This document shows positions 1-9,693 of a stretch of 48,523 nucleotides of DNA, in pieces (position 1 is the first letter of the stretch; the number at the start of each line of letters is the position of its first letter). The notes under the pieces were generated by a model. The model made no database searches. It was not told the DNA's origin and saw nothing but the letters and a program-made list of their open reading frames with translations. The stretch lies in the NCBI GenBank assembly GCA_041742355.1, contig JBGSIV010000040.1, positions 1 through 48,523 of the forward strand. The letters run 5' to 3'. The translations under genes and the position numbers were made by a program. This stretch comes from Candidatus Zixiibacteriota bacterium. GTDB taxonomy: Bacteria > Zixibacteria > MSB-5A5 > GN15 > FEB-12.

Positions 1-2001
1 TATATCCCGCCGGGGTCGAGCACGCCCACGCTATATGTCCATACCGGCGATCCCCGCAAGGATCCGAATGATCCGACCCGCGGCGACGTCGACTTCAACC
101 CGGCCGACCGCCGCTGGATGCAGTCCACCGGTCCGGTGACCTTTGCGCCGGGCGACTCGACCGAAATCATCGTCGGCATCATCGTCGGCCAGGGCGGTAA
201 CCGCCTCCAGTCGATCACGCAGCTCTTCACCCTTTCCGACTATGCGCAGCGCGTGTACGAAGCCGACTTCAATGTCGCGGTACCGCCGGCTCCGCCGGTT
301 GTCGATGTCGCGGTGGTCCCGGGTGAAGTTGTGCTGTCGTGGGGCGACACGTCGGAAGTCGACCACGGTACCTACCCGTTCCAGGGGTACACCGTCTGGC
401 AGTGCGACCGGGCCACGGGCGACTGCGAGGAGCTGGCGACCTACGATATTATCGACACGGTGCTGACTCAGGCTGTGGTCGATACGATCCTCGATCCCTA
501 CTCGAGCATCTTCATTCCCGATGTCATCCGGGCGCTCGACAACAAGGGTCTGAAGTACCAGTATCGGGCGGTGCAGGATGCCTTCACCGGCTTTGACATC
601 TGGGATGCCACGACCTACGAGTTCAAGGTGACGGCTTTCTCGTTCGCCGATCGCGATTCGCTGGGCGGGCTCATTCCCTACGGTGACCGCTTCAAGGAAT
701 CGGCTACCACGGTAACGGTGACGCCGCAGGACTACATGCCCGGCGTGACGCCGGTAGGCTCGCCGTTCGAGACTCTCGAGGTCACCCATACGAGCGGTCT
801 GTCCAACGTGGTGATCTCCCCGCTCATCCTGAACCCGGTCGAGCTGAACGGGCACACGTACCGCGTGACGTTTGACACGGCGAGTCATGACACAATCGTG
901 GAGGTTGAAAGAGAAGACGGCGACAGCACGATCATTGATCTGGTCGACACCGTCCTGGTTGACACCGCCTTCACGCTCACCGATCTCACGGCCAACAGGG
1001 TTCTTGTCCCCCGCAACCGGAATCTGACCGGCGAGGACCGGGGCGAAGAGCCTTACCGTGCGTTCGACGGAATCCAGGTGACGGTTTCGGCCGGCGCGGG
1101 ATTGACGGGTATCAGAGAAGTTGCCGGAGCCGGTGGCGCGGTCATCGATCCCTCCGACAACGTCATGTACTCGTTGAACTCGACCGGCGATTGGTATGTC
1201 GATTCCGATCAGCCGGCCAACTTCTTTCGAATCAACTGGCAAGGCCTGATGGGCATCACCGATTGGGAGTTCCGTTTCACTGAAACCGGCTCTCAGGCGT
1301 ACAACTGGGCAACCGACGAGTTGTACCCCGAGAACGCGCCGTTCGAGGTGTGGAATGTCGGCATCGGCACGTTTGACGACGAGTCCGACGATGTCCGCCT
1401 GCAGTTCGCCTTCCTCGATGACGACGAATCCGGTGGATGGAGCTACGGCGACCGCATTTACGTGATCGAGCAGCCCTATGTGGAACCGCTCCCCACAGTC
1501 GCCGTGTACACGTTCCCGGACGACTTCCAGATCGGACGCATCAAATTCCAGGACAATTCGGGTGCGACGACCAGTCCGGCCGTGGGAACGGTAGTGCGCT
1601 TCCAGACCGCCAAGCCGCCGACACCGGCTGACACCTTCACCTTTGTCGCTGCACAGCCGACCCAGGCCCGGAACGAGGGCGAGCTCGACGGCATTCGCGT
1701 CGTCCCGAACCCGTTCTACCTGTTCGGTCCGTATGACGGCGGCGTCGGTGCGAAGACGATCCGGTTCCACGGCTTGCCAGCCAAGTGCACGGTCGACATC
1801 TACAACCTGGCCGGTGAGTTCATTGAGCAAATCACCAAGGACGATCCGCTGACCTCCGTGGCAGAATGGGACGCGCTGACCAGCAATGGACTGCCTGTCG
1901 CGTCGGGCATCTACCTCTACGTGGTGGATGCGCCCGGCTTCGGCCAGAAGGTCGGTAAGTTTGCCGTCTTCACTGAAACCGAAGTACTCAGGCAGTACTA
2001 G
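1..2001 (+). CDS. Large secreted protein, 5'-truncated by the window edge, with C-terminal FlgD/T9SS-type sorting domain
   Basis: The frame is open from base 1 (YIPPGSSTP...NPADRRWMQSTGP), so ATG 118 is internal. The C-terminus IRVVPNPF...IYNLAGE...WD...ASGIYLYVV is typical of CTD/FlgD-Ig domains. Confidence 0.8.
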   Translation, partial: YIPPGSSTPTLYVHTGDPRKDPNDPTRGDVDFNPADRRWMQSTGPVTFAPGDSTEIIVGIIVGQGGNRLQSITQLFTLSDYAQRVYEADFNVAVPPAPPVVDVAVVPGEVVLSWGDTSEVDHGTYPFQGYTVWQCDRATGDCEELATYDIIDTVLTQAVVDTILDPYSSIFIPDVIRALDNKGLKYQYRAVQDAFTGFDIWDATTYEFKVTAFSFADRDSLGGLIPYGDRFKESATTVTVTPQDYMPGVTPVGSPFETLEVTHTSGLSNVVISPLILNPVELNGHTYRVTFDTASHDTIVEVEREDGDSTIIDLVDTVLVDTAFTLTDLTANRVLVPRNRNLTGEDRGEEPYRAFDGIQVTVSAGAGLTGIREVAGAGGAVIDPSDNVMYSLNSTGDWYVDSDQPANFFRINWQGLMGITDWEFRFTETGSQAYNWATDELYPENAPFEVWNVGIGTFDDESDDVRLQFAFLDDDESGGWSYGDRIYVIEQPYVEPLPTVAVYTFPDDFQIGRIKFQDNSGATTSPAVGTVVRFQTAKPPTPADTFTFVAAQPTQARNEGELDGIRVVPNPFYLFGPYDGGVGAKTIRFHGLPAKCTVDIYNLAGEFIEQITKDDPLTSVAEWDALTSNGLPVASGIYLYVVDAPGFGQKVGKFAVFTETEVLRQY

Positions 2002-2018
2002 ACGGAAGGAACGTTAAC

Positions 2019-3008
2019 ATGAAGATGAAAACAATTGTCATAGCAGTCGCGCTCGCGGTCCTTCTGGTCGGCTCCGTCTACGCGGGGAATGGCCGGCGGA
2101 TTGGTACTGCGGGGGCGCACGAACTCACGATTCCCGTCGGCTCCCGTGGCACGGCCATGGGTGGCGCCGTCGTCGCGAATTCGTACGGGGTGGAATCGAT
2201 GTTCTGGAACCCGGCCGGTCTGGCCATGGTCGACGCCCCGGAGGTCATGTTCTCGCACCAGATGTACCTGGCCGACATCGACATTAACTTCGGTGGCGCC
2301 GCGGTGAATATCGAGGGTTTCGGCACGATCGCTCTTGCCGCGAAAGTGGTGGCGATCGGCGAGATGGAAGAGACCACCCAGGAGCAGCCGTACGGCACCG
2401 GCCGGACTTTCGATCCGACCCTTTCCGTGCTGAGCCTCTCGTACGCCCGCCAGCTCACCAACCGGGTGGCTTTCGGCGCGACCTTCAACTACATCCGCGA
2501 GGATATTTTTGAAGTCGACGCCAACGGCGTGGCGTTCGACATCGGTTTCCTCTATGAATCGGGCTGGAACGGCCTGAACTTCGGCTTCGCCATCAAGAAC
2601 TACGGTCCGGAGATGAGCTTCTCGGGTCGCGGGTTCGAACGGGCCACCGACGGCCGTCCGACCTCCGCCGAAAACGCCACCTTCGACCTGCCCAGTTCGC
2701 TGAACTTCGGCGTCGCCTACCCGATCGTCAACATGGACGAATCCCGTCTGCAGCTTTCCGGCAACTTCCGCAGCAACAACTACTCGGAAGACTACTGGCA
2801 GGGCGGCGCGGAATATTCGTTCCAGGATCGCTACTTCCTGCGCGCCGGCTACAACTTCGCCGACCAGGATGAGTGGATCTACGGCGCGTCGCTCGGCGGC
2901 GGTGTCAACATCGACCTCGGCGGCACGAATCTGTCGTTCGAGTACTCGTGGACCGAGACCGACGTGTTCGACGACAACCAGTTCTTCACGGTCAAGGCCG
3001 CCTTCTAA
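2019..3008 (+). CDS. PorV/PorQ-family (UPF0164-like) outer-membrane beta-barrel protein
   Basis: Signal peptide, L.IPVGSRGTAMGGA and FWNPAGL motifs, alternating beta-strand pattern, C-terminal Phe; GGAAGGA SD upstream. Confidence 0.85.
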   Translation: MKMKTIVIAVALAVLLVGSVYAGNGRRIGTAGAHELTIPVGSRGTAMGGAVVANSYGVESMFWNPAGLAMVDAPEVMFSHQMYLADIDINFGGAAVNIEGFGTIALAAKVVAIGEMEETTQEQPYGTGRTFDPTLSVLSLSYARQLTNRVAFGATFNYIREDIFEVDANGVAFDIGFLYESGWNGLNFGFAIKNYGPEMSFSGRGFERATDGRPTSAENATFDLPSSLNFGVAYPIVNMDESRLQLSGNFRSNNYSEDYWQGGAEYSFQDRYFLRAGYNFADQDEWIYGASLGGGVNIDLGGTNLSFEYSWTETDVFDDNQFFTVKAAF

Positions 3009-3034
3009 GGCAGCCCCGACCAGACCTTTCTTTG

Positions 3035-3070
3035 GCGCCGGCCGGGGTTTCCCGGTCGGCGCTTTCTTGT
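3035..3070 (+). terminator. Intrinsic terminator
   Basis: Hairpin GCGCCGGCCGGG-gttt-CCCGGTCGGCGC followed by TTTCTTGT, just after the PorV-like stop. Confidence 0.8.
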
Positions 3071-3169
3071 GTCTCCCGGTCAAGTCACCGGCATATTTTC
3101 ACGTTGCACGAGCGGCACCGCCGGAGTAACTTCAGAGAACGCAGATGCCCTCTTCTGACAGGGGACAAG

Positions 3170-5740
3170 ATGATCGGTCCTGAAGCGGATATCCCGGCAG
3201 GAACAGAGTTCTCGCACTATCGTATCGTGTCGAAGCTGGAATCGGGAGGGATGGGTTCGGTCTACCTTGCCGACGACCTCTCGCTGGAACGCCGTGTCGC
3301 GGTGAAGTTCCTGCAGACGGACACGGCTACCGACCCGACCGGGCGCGAACGCCTGCTCCACGAGGCGCGTGCCACGGCGACAGCAGCCCACCCCTCGGTT
3401 GTCGCCGTGCATGAAATCGCGTTCTTCAAGGATCGGCCGGCTCTCGTCATGGAGTTCGTCGAGGGGGAACCTCTGCACCGGCTGATTCAGCGGGGTCCGC
3501 TTCCGGCGGCGGAGGCAGTCGACCTCGCCCGCCAATTGTGCGTCACCCTTGCCGCCGTGCACAAAGCCGGATTGGTCCACGGGGACATCAAACCCGCCAA
3601 CCTGATTCTCGATTCCACCGGCCGTCTGCGCATCCTCGATTTCGGCATCGCGCATCTCATCGCTCAGACCGAAGTCGCTCCGCGCATCACCTCCGGCACC
3701 GTCGGATACTCCGCTCCCGAGGTCTTATCAGGCGCCTCCCCCGGCCCGGGATCCGATCTCTTTTCGGTTGGGGTGGTGTTGTACGAACTGCTGACCGGAG
3801 TCAGAGCGTTCTCCGGCGCGTACGACGCCGCCGTCGCCTATTCGGTCGTCAACGAGCAGCCCGCCCCAATCTCGTCGCACGTTCCGGATATTCCCCCGGC
3901 GCTTGAGGCCATTGTCGGTCGGCTTTTGGAGAAGCTCCCGGCCAATCGATACCGGTCGGCGAAGGATGTCCTGACGGATCTCGACCGCTCGATTGAACGA
4001 CGACAGAGGCCCAGAGCCTCTCGGTGGCGCACTGCGGCATTGGTCGGGAGTGGTTTCGTTATCGCCGTTTTGTTGTGGGGGACTCTCTCCGAACGCATTC
4101 CGGATAGCGGGTCGCCCCCGGCGCTGGCTGTTCTTCCGTTCGAGAATCTGGGGCCGGCCGGTGACGAGTACTTCGCCGACGGCATCACCGACGAGGTTAC
4201 CGCCTGTATCGCCCGCAACCCGAGCCTCAGCGTTATTTCGCGCAACAGCTCCCGACGTTACAAGGGGGTCACCATGACCACGCGCGAGATCGGGCAGGAA
4301 CTGGGCGCGGATTACCTCGTTGTCGGGGCGATACACTGGGAACGATCTCCCGGCAATCGTGTCCGCATAAACGCGCAGCTCATTCAGGTCGACAGCGATG
4401 TCGCCCGTTGGTCCGAATCGTACGAAGGCGACCTGGCGGGCGTTTTCGATATGCAGCGGCGGGTCGCCCAGGCGGTCGGGCGGGCGCTCGATCTAGCCAT
4501 GGGCCCTGACGCAGAGGCGACCCATGACCACTCGCCCACCGGCAACCTAGCCGCCTACGACTACTACCTGCGGGGGAGTGAGTACTTCAACCGGAGCTGG
4601 GACCGGAGTGACATTGAGGCAGCGGGCTCGCTCTACCGCAGGGCAGTCGCGCTGGACAGCACCTACGCCTCGGCGTGGGCGATGCTGTCGCGCGTGGAGG
4701 CGAGCATCTACTGGGAGTACTTCGACCATTCGCAGGCACGCTGCGAGGCCGCCTATGCGGCCGCCCGACACGCGCTCGCACTCGATCCGGATCTGCCCGA
4801 AGGTCATGAGGCTCTCGGGTACTGCTACTACCACTGCGATCGTGATTATGCGCGGGCGGTCGCCCAATGGGAGCAGGGGCTGGCGCGGGATCCGAACAAC
4901 GCTGAGTTGGAAAACGCCCTCGCCGCTGTCTACCGTCGGCAGGGGGATCTCGAGAAAGCCGCCACCGGCTTCACCCGCGCCCTGCAATTGGACCCGCGGT
5001 CCCACCTGAAGGCTTTCGATCTCGCTCTCACCTACGGCATGATGCGGCGCTTCACCGAATCCGACCGGTATCTCCGCCGCGCCATCGAGCTTGCCCCCGA
5101 TTATCCCCTCGCCCATATCTACAGAGCATGGCTGCCTATCCTGCGGAGCGGGGACGTGGCGGCGTCGCGGCAGATCGTGGCTGACGCGGGGAAATCGGCC
5201 GACCTCACTCAGTCGAAATACTACTGGTGGCTACTGCGTCTGCTGGAGGTGCCGGGCCGACATGAGGCGATCGGCCTCACTCCCGCAACTGACACGGTCG
5301 CCTGCCTGCTCTTCCGGGCGCAGGCATACCGGCTGGAAGGGAACAAAGACCGGGAACGCATCTATGCGGACTCGGCCAGAGTTCTGCTGGAATCCCGGTT
5401 GGCCGAACGATTATCAGAACCGCGATACCTGAGCGATTTGGGCATGGCCTGGGCCGGATTAGGAAACAGGGAGCTGGCCCTGGCGAATGCGGCACGTGCG
5501 GTCGAACTGCTGCCCACCTCACGAGAGGCGTTCGATGCCCCGTTCTACCTGCTCAATCTGGCCGAAGTCATGGTGATATTCGGCGACTACGATGCGGCGG
5601 TCGAACAACTGACAACCCTGCTGAGCATCCCCGGTTTCGCGTCGGCGGCGTACCTGCGCATCGACCCGCTCTGGGAGCCGCTCCGGACGCATCCCGGATT
5701 TCAGCAACTCGTGGCGGGCGCCGATCAGTCCGCTTCCTGA
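3170..5740 (+). CDS. Hanks-type Ser/Thr protein kinase with TM segment, TolB_N-like domain and TPR repeats
   Basis: GGMGSVY, VAVKFL, HGDIKPANL, DFG and APE motifs; hydrophobic segment; LAVLPFENL...YFADGITDE; TPR-like helices. Start placed at ATG 3170 after GGGGA. Confidence 0.9.
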   Translation: MIGPEADIPAGTEFSHYRIVSKLESGGMGSVYLADDLSLERRVAVKFLQTDTATDPTGRERLLHEARATATAAHPSVVAVHEIAFFKDRPALVMEFVEGEPLHRLIQRGPLPAAEAVDLARQLCVTLAAVHKAGLVHGDIKPANLILDSTGRLRILDFGIAHLIAQTEVAPRITSGTVGYSAPEVLSGASPGPGSDLFSVGVVLYELLTGVRAFSGAYDAAVAYSVVNEQPAPISSHVPDIPPALEAIVGRLLEKLPANRYRSAKDVLTDLDRSIERRQRPRASRWRTAALVGSGFVIAVLLWGTLSERIPDSGSPPALAVLPFENLGPAGDEYFADGITDEVTACIARNPSLSVISRNSSRRYKGVTMTTREIGQELGADYLVVGAIHWERSPGNRVRINAQLIQVDSDVARWSESYEGDLAGVFDMQRRVAQAVGRALDLAMGPDAEATHDHSPTGNLAAYDYYLRGSEYFNRSWDRSDIEAAGSLYRRAVALDSTYASAWAMLSRVEASIYWEYFDHSQARCEAAYAAARHALALDPDLPEGHEALGYCYYHCDRDYARAVAQWEQGLARDPNNAELENALAAVYRRQGDLEKAATGFTRALQLDPRSHLKAFDLALTYGMMRRFTESDRYLRRAIELAPDYPLAHIYRAWLPILRSGDVAASRQIVADAGKSADLTQSKYYWWLLRLLEVPGRHEAIGLTPATDTVACLLFRAQAYRLEGNKDRERIYADSARVLLESRLAERLSEPRYLSDLGMAWAGLGNRELALANAARAVELLPTSREAFDAPFYLLNLAEVMVIFGDYDAAVEQLTTLLSIPGFASAAYLRIDPLWEPLRTHPGFQQLVAGADQSAS

Positions 5741-7302
5741 GCCGTGATACCGTAACGGCTCATCTTGTCCTTCAGTCCTTTGCGCGTCAGTCCCAGTACT
5801 CGTGCGCTCTTCTGGATGTTTCCGCCCGTGTCCCGCAGTGTCCGCGCGATCATCTCCGCTTCAAGCGCCTCGACCGCCTGTCGTAGCTGTCCCGTCTCCA
5901 CCGAAAGATCCCCCTCGCCGACCGATTTGAGGATCTCGGCCGAGAGATCGGCGACATCAATCATGCTGCCGCTGTCGCAGACAATCGCCGCGCGCTCGAC
6001 TTCGTTCTCCAGTTGGCGGATGTTCCCCGGCCACGAATACCGCTGCAGCGCCCTGACCGCCTCCGGTGTAATCGACAAATCCGGGTTGTGCATGCGGATT
6101 CTCTGCTTCTTCAGAAAGTGCTCGACGAGCAGGGGGATATCGTCGGTACGGCGGCAGAGCGGCGGGATGTCGATCGTCACCGCATTGATACGGTAGAATA
6201 GATCACGCCGGAACTCACCCTCGTCAATGCCCCGCTGCAAGTCGCGGTTCGTAGCCGAGATGAGCCGCACGTCGACAAATTCGGATTTGGTAGCGCCGAC
6301 CGGGCGAATCTCTCCCGTTTCGATCACCCGCAGGATAGCGGTCTGGGTCGATGCGGGTGCGTCGCCGATTTCGTCGAGGAAGATCGTCCCGCCGTTCGCC
6401 TCCCGGAAGAGCCCCGGCTTATTGCGATCAGCGCCGGTGAATGCCCCTTTGACATGCCCGAACAGCTCCGACTCGAGAAGGCTCTCGGTCTTCACGCCGC
6501 AGTTCTTGATGACAAAGGGCCCGCCGCGACGGTGAGAGGCGAAGTGGATGGCGCGGGCAACCAGCTCTTTCCCCGTTCCGGTGGGGCCGGTGATGAGCAC
6601 CGGGGAATCATTGCTGCTGACTTTCGACGCAAGCGTGAGAACCTGGCGGATCACCTCCGAACGCCCGATGATTCCCTCGAACGAGAAGCTTCCCGCGACC
6701 GCGTCCGCCAGACGGGCGTTCTCACTCTGCAGCTGACGGGATGATTCCACAAGGAGCGCGTTCTTTCGGGCGAGTTCTTCGAGCAGGAGCGCGTTGGCCA
6801 GAATCTGGGCTGACTGCGATGCCGCAAGGCCGACGAGCCGCGCCTCGGTGTCACCGAACGGACCGCGCTCCCTGGACCGGACCAGCGTAAGGAGACCGAC
6901 AGTCTCCCCTCGGGCAATCATCGGGGCGCAGATGACCGATTGGCACCGGCCGCCTTCGGAATGCAGACCATGGAAACGGTCATCCCGATCGAGGTCGTCC
7001 ACGCGGAGCACGACACGGTTGATAAGAACCCAGCCCGAGAGCTGCTCGCTCACATGAAACGGCAAGTCCCCCGGTTTCTGCGGAGCCGTGCGGACGAGCG
7101 TCCGTCCTTCGCTTTGATCCTCCGTGGTGAGCAGGTGGATGACCCCTTGGTCGGCGTGCACCAGCCGAACAAGATCGTTGATGATGATCGACATGATGTG
7201 GTTGGTTTCGCGTACGCGACAGATTCGATCGATGAGCGAGTTGATTGCCTGCAGCTCTCCGATTGCTGCGCGCAACTGATTGGCATCGTGTGGATCGGTC
7301 AT
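5725..7302 (-). CDS. Sigma54-dependent enhancer-binding protein (GAF-AAA+-Fis HTH)
   Basis: GPTGTGKE Walker A, ESELFGHVKGAFTGA, IFLDEIGD, WPGNIRQLEN, C-terminal HTH and N-terminal GAF. Start at ATG 7302 after GGGGAG. Confidence 0.92.
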   Translation of the reverse strand: MTDPHDANQLRAAIGELQAINSLIDRICRVRETNHIMSIIINDLVRLVHADQGVIHLLTTEDQSEGRTLVRTAPQKPGDLPFHVSEQLSGWVLINRVVLRVDDLDRDDRFHGLHSEGGRCQSVICAPMIARGETVGLLTLVRSRERGPFGDTEARLVGLAASQSAQILANALLLEELARKNALLVESSRQLQSENARLADAVAGSFSFEGIIGRSEVIRQVLTLASKVSSNDSPVLITGPTGTGKELVARAIHFASHRRGGPFVIKNCGVKTESLLESELFGHVKGAFTGADRNKPGLFREANGGTIFLDEIGDAPASTQTAILRVIETGEIRPVGATKSEFVDVRLISATNRDLQRGIDEGEFRRDLFYRINAVTIDIPPLCRRTDDIPLLVEHFLKKQRIRMHNPDLSITPEAVRALQRYSWPGNIRQLENEVERAAIVCDSGSMIDVADLSAEILKSVGEGDLSVETGQLRQAVEALEAEMIARTLRDTGGNIQKSARVLGLTRKGLKDKMSRYGITAQEAD

Positions 7303-7487
7303 GGCGACTCCCCGCAATTCCTGTGGTGTCAAGAGCAACATACGCGGGTTCGCATCCGGCGTCAATGGATAGTCGGTCAGAGTCCTGGATATGATCTACC
7401 CACATCGGGGTTCAAAGGCCGGCCGTTGATCTCGCGCATGCGATTGACAATCAATCGATTAGGGCGAAGCTCTGGGTGGCGCATGGG

Positions 7488-7504
7488 TCGGCACGGCGAT
7501 TGCA
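7488..7504 (+). promoter_or_regulatory. Sigma54 -24/-12 promoter for the 7579 lipoprotein
   Basis: tcGGcacggcgattGCa has GG-N10-GC spacing with GGCAC and TTGC, and lies next to a divergent bEBP gene. Confidence 0.75.
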
Positions 7505-7578
7505 AAAGGACTTTGCAGTACAGAAACCCGGGTGCTTCGGCACCCGCAATTGAATCCAGACTCAAAAGGAGTTGCGCC

Positions 7579-8844
7579 ATGAAGTCTCTCAAGTCAATCC
7601 TCATGCTCGCGGCGATCGTCGCTGCCTGTGCGATCGGATGCGACAGCACCGATAGCTCGCTGTCCGCCCCTTCCTCGCAGGATGATCCTGATCGTGAGCT
7701 CGCCCAGTTCCTCGCTCTGCCAAATCTTCAGGCTCCCCCCACCTCGCCCGCCGGGCAGGTGACGGTAACCTTCGGCGACCGCTCCCTTGATTTCTGGCCG
7801 TGGACCGGCACCAATTTCTCGGGTGCGCCCCAGGATCCGATCAACCTGATCTTTGTCGGTCACGCTGATCCGCGAGAGATCCGTCAGGCGCTCCTTTCGC
7901 TCGATGGTGATCGGACGGCGTTCGGCATGCCCAACGAGGCCCCTTTCAATGCCACGTGGTCCGATGCGATCGGCGACATGCAAACCGGTTATGGCGCACA
8001 AACCGGCTGGACCGGCGGCGCTATTCAACTCGCCTGCGGTGATTATGCCCCCCTTCGTTTCCACATTCGGCTCTTCCGCCTGGGCGAGTGGACCGTGGCC
8101 AATGCTCACCTCGATCTGGCTATCCCCGGGACCGCCGACCACCAGGTGATCAGCTGGGAGGTTGCCGAGCAGTTTGTGACCGCCGATCTCATGCGCTGCG
8201 GCCTTCTGGACAGCAGTGTCCCGATGATGCCGACGCAGGAAATCAACCAGCCGAATTTCCGCACCATTCCGGCGGTTCTGTACAACGAGATCCCGCTCGA
8301 ACTGCGGGCGCTCATTGGCGGGCCTTTGGGTAATGTCGCGGACGACGTGCCGATCGGTTCCGATGGCCACGCGATGATCTTCAACCTGGCCGGACGCATT
8401 GCCCCGATCCCCGGAGTTTTCACGCAGACTTTCCCGATCGAGTACGGCCAGACGGTGCCGAAGCCGTTCTGCTCGAGCGGGCCGTACGATTACGTCTATG
8501 TGGCCGGCACGGTGAACCTGACTCAGACGAGCCAGGTCACTCCCGAAGGCAATTATGTAATGGAGTTCCACGCGGAAGGTGAACTGCAGGTGCAACCGGT
8601 CAACCCGATGACTGGCCAGCCGGCCGGAGCGCCGTTTCAGGCGGTAGTCAGGGAGTATCACTCCTCACGGTTGACCAACCGTACGTGCGATGCTACGGGC
8701 TGGCTTTTCCAAAAGCTGTTGCCATCGTCGCAGGAAGGGGCCGGCAGCCTGTTCCGCCACCTGCGCGTCAACGACAACGGCCGCAGTTGGTTTATCGAGC
8801 GGTTGAACTGCACCGACGACCGCTTCCTCACCGCTATGGATTGA
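7579..8844 (+). CDS. Uncharacterised lipoprotein with an LssY C-terminal-like region
   Basis: AGGAG SD, signal peptide ending AIGC (lipobox); DPINLIFVG and HIRLFR motifs resemble LssY_C. Confidence 0.65.
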   Translation: MKSLKSILMLAAIVAACAIGCDSTDSSLSAPSSQDDPDRELAQFLALPNLQAPPTSPAGQVTVTFGDRSLDFWPWTGTNFSGAPQDPINLIFVGHADPREIRQALLSLDGDRTAFGMPNEAPFNATWSDAIGDMQTGYGAQTGWTGGAIQLACGDYAPLRFHIRLFRLGEWTVANAHLDLAIPGTADHQVISWEVAEQFVTADLMRCGLLDSSVPMMPTQEINQPNFRTIPAVLYNEIPLELRALIGGPLGNVADDVPIGSDGHAMIFNLAGRIAPIPGVFTQTFPIEYGQTVPKPFCSSGPYDYVYVAGTVNLTQTSQVTPEGNYVMEFHAEGELQVQPVNPMTGQPAGAPFQAVVREYHSSRLTNRTCDATGWLFQKLLPSSQEGAGSLFRHLRVNDNGRSWFIERLNCTDDRFLTAMD

Positions 8845-8900
8845 TGGAAAGTAGAACCGTCTGCATGGACGGTTGAGACAGTAGGGGGCGATGCCAAGAT

Positions 8901-8924
8901 CGGCCGCCTGGAAACGGGCGGCCG
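8901..8924. terminator. Hairpin between convergent genes (possible bidirectional terminator)
   Basis: CGGCCGCCTG-gaaa-CGGGCGGCCG; the U-tract is weak. Confidence 0.5.
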
Positions 8925-8933
8925 GTTGGATTT

Positions 8934-9605
8934 TCATGACCGAGCGGCCCGAGTCCGTTCCAGGGCGTGCACCTTTTTCACCAGCGCGGCCCGATCCGGG
9001 CTCTTATAGTAAGCCGATCCCATGACCAGAATATCCGCGCCCGCGTCGACAACCCGTTGCGCGTTGTCGCCATCGACACCCCCGTCGACCGAGATCCGCG
9101 TCGCCAGACCGTGCCGGTCGATAAATCGACGGGCATCCTCGACAATCCGCAGCGATGTCTCGATAAACGCCTGTCCGCCGAATCCGGGGAACACCGACAT
9201 GACCAGAAGTTGGTCGCAGTGCTCCAGGTACGGAAGCACGAGATCGGCCGACTTGTCGGGATTGAGCGACAACCCTCGCGCCACCCCCAATTCGCGCAAC
9301 CGGTTCAGATGCACGGTCGGATTAGGGTGCACCTCAATATGAAAAGTGATTACATCGGCGCCGGCCTTTACGAACGGTTCGAAGTAGTTTTCGGGGTTGG
9401 ATAGCATCAGGTGGACGTCGAGCGGAAGATCGGTCAGGCGGTCGATTGTCTTAACGACCGCCGGGCCATAGGAGATGTTGGGCACGAAGTGGCCGTCCAT
9501 AATGTCCAGGTGCAGCGAGTCCGCGCCGGTGGCATCGGTGTCACGGATTTCGTCGCCAAGGCGGGAGAAGTCCGCGGCGAGCACAGAAGGTGAGATGTGT
9601 ATCAT
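8934..9605 (-). CDS. rpe: Ribulose-phosphate 3-epimerase
   Basis: ISPSVLAADF, HLDIMDGHFVPN, DVHLM, MSVFPGFGGQ and VDGGV motifs. Confidence 0.95.
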   Translation of the reverse strand: MIHISPSVLAADFSRLGDEIRDTDATGADSLHLDIMDGHFVPNISYGPAVVKTIDRLTDLPLDVHLMLSNPENYFEPFVKAGADVITFHIEVHPNPTVHLNRLRELGVARGLSLNPDKSADLVLPYLEHCDQLLVMSVFPGFGGQAFIETSLRIVEDARRFIDRHGLATRISVDGGVDGDNAQRVVDAGADILVMGSAYYKSPDRAALVKKVHALERTRAARS

Positions 9606-9693
9606 GGCGGGAATCTACAATGCGAAATTCGTCACCGCAAGTGTTCACACCGGGTCGGAAGTCTCCGGCCCGGTGCGATCAGCAGAGATCTAT

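Noticed and set aside
31..1830. Long antisense ORFs (also 1998-3083, 18474-19766, 19759-21804, 23208-24773)
   Set aside because: These are shadow frames of well-supported genes in high-GC DNA and have no recognisable motifs.
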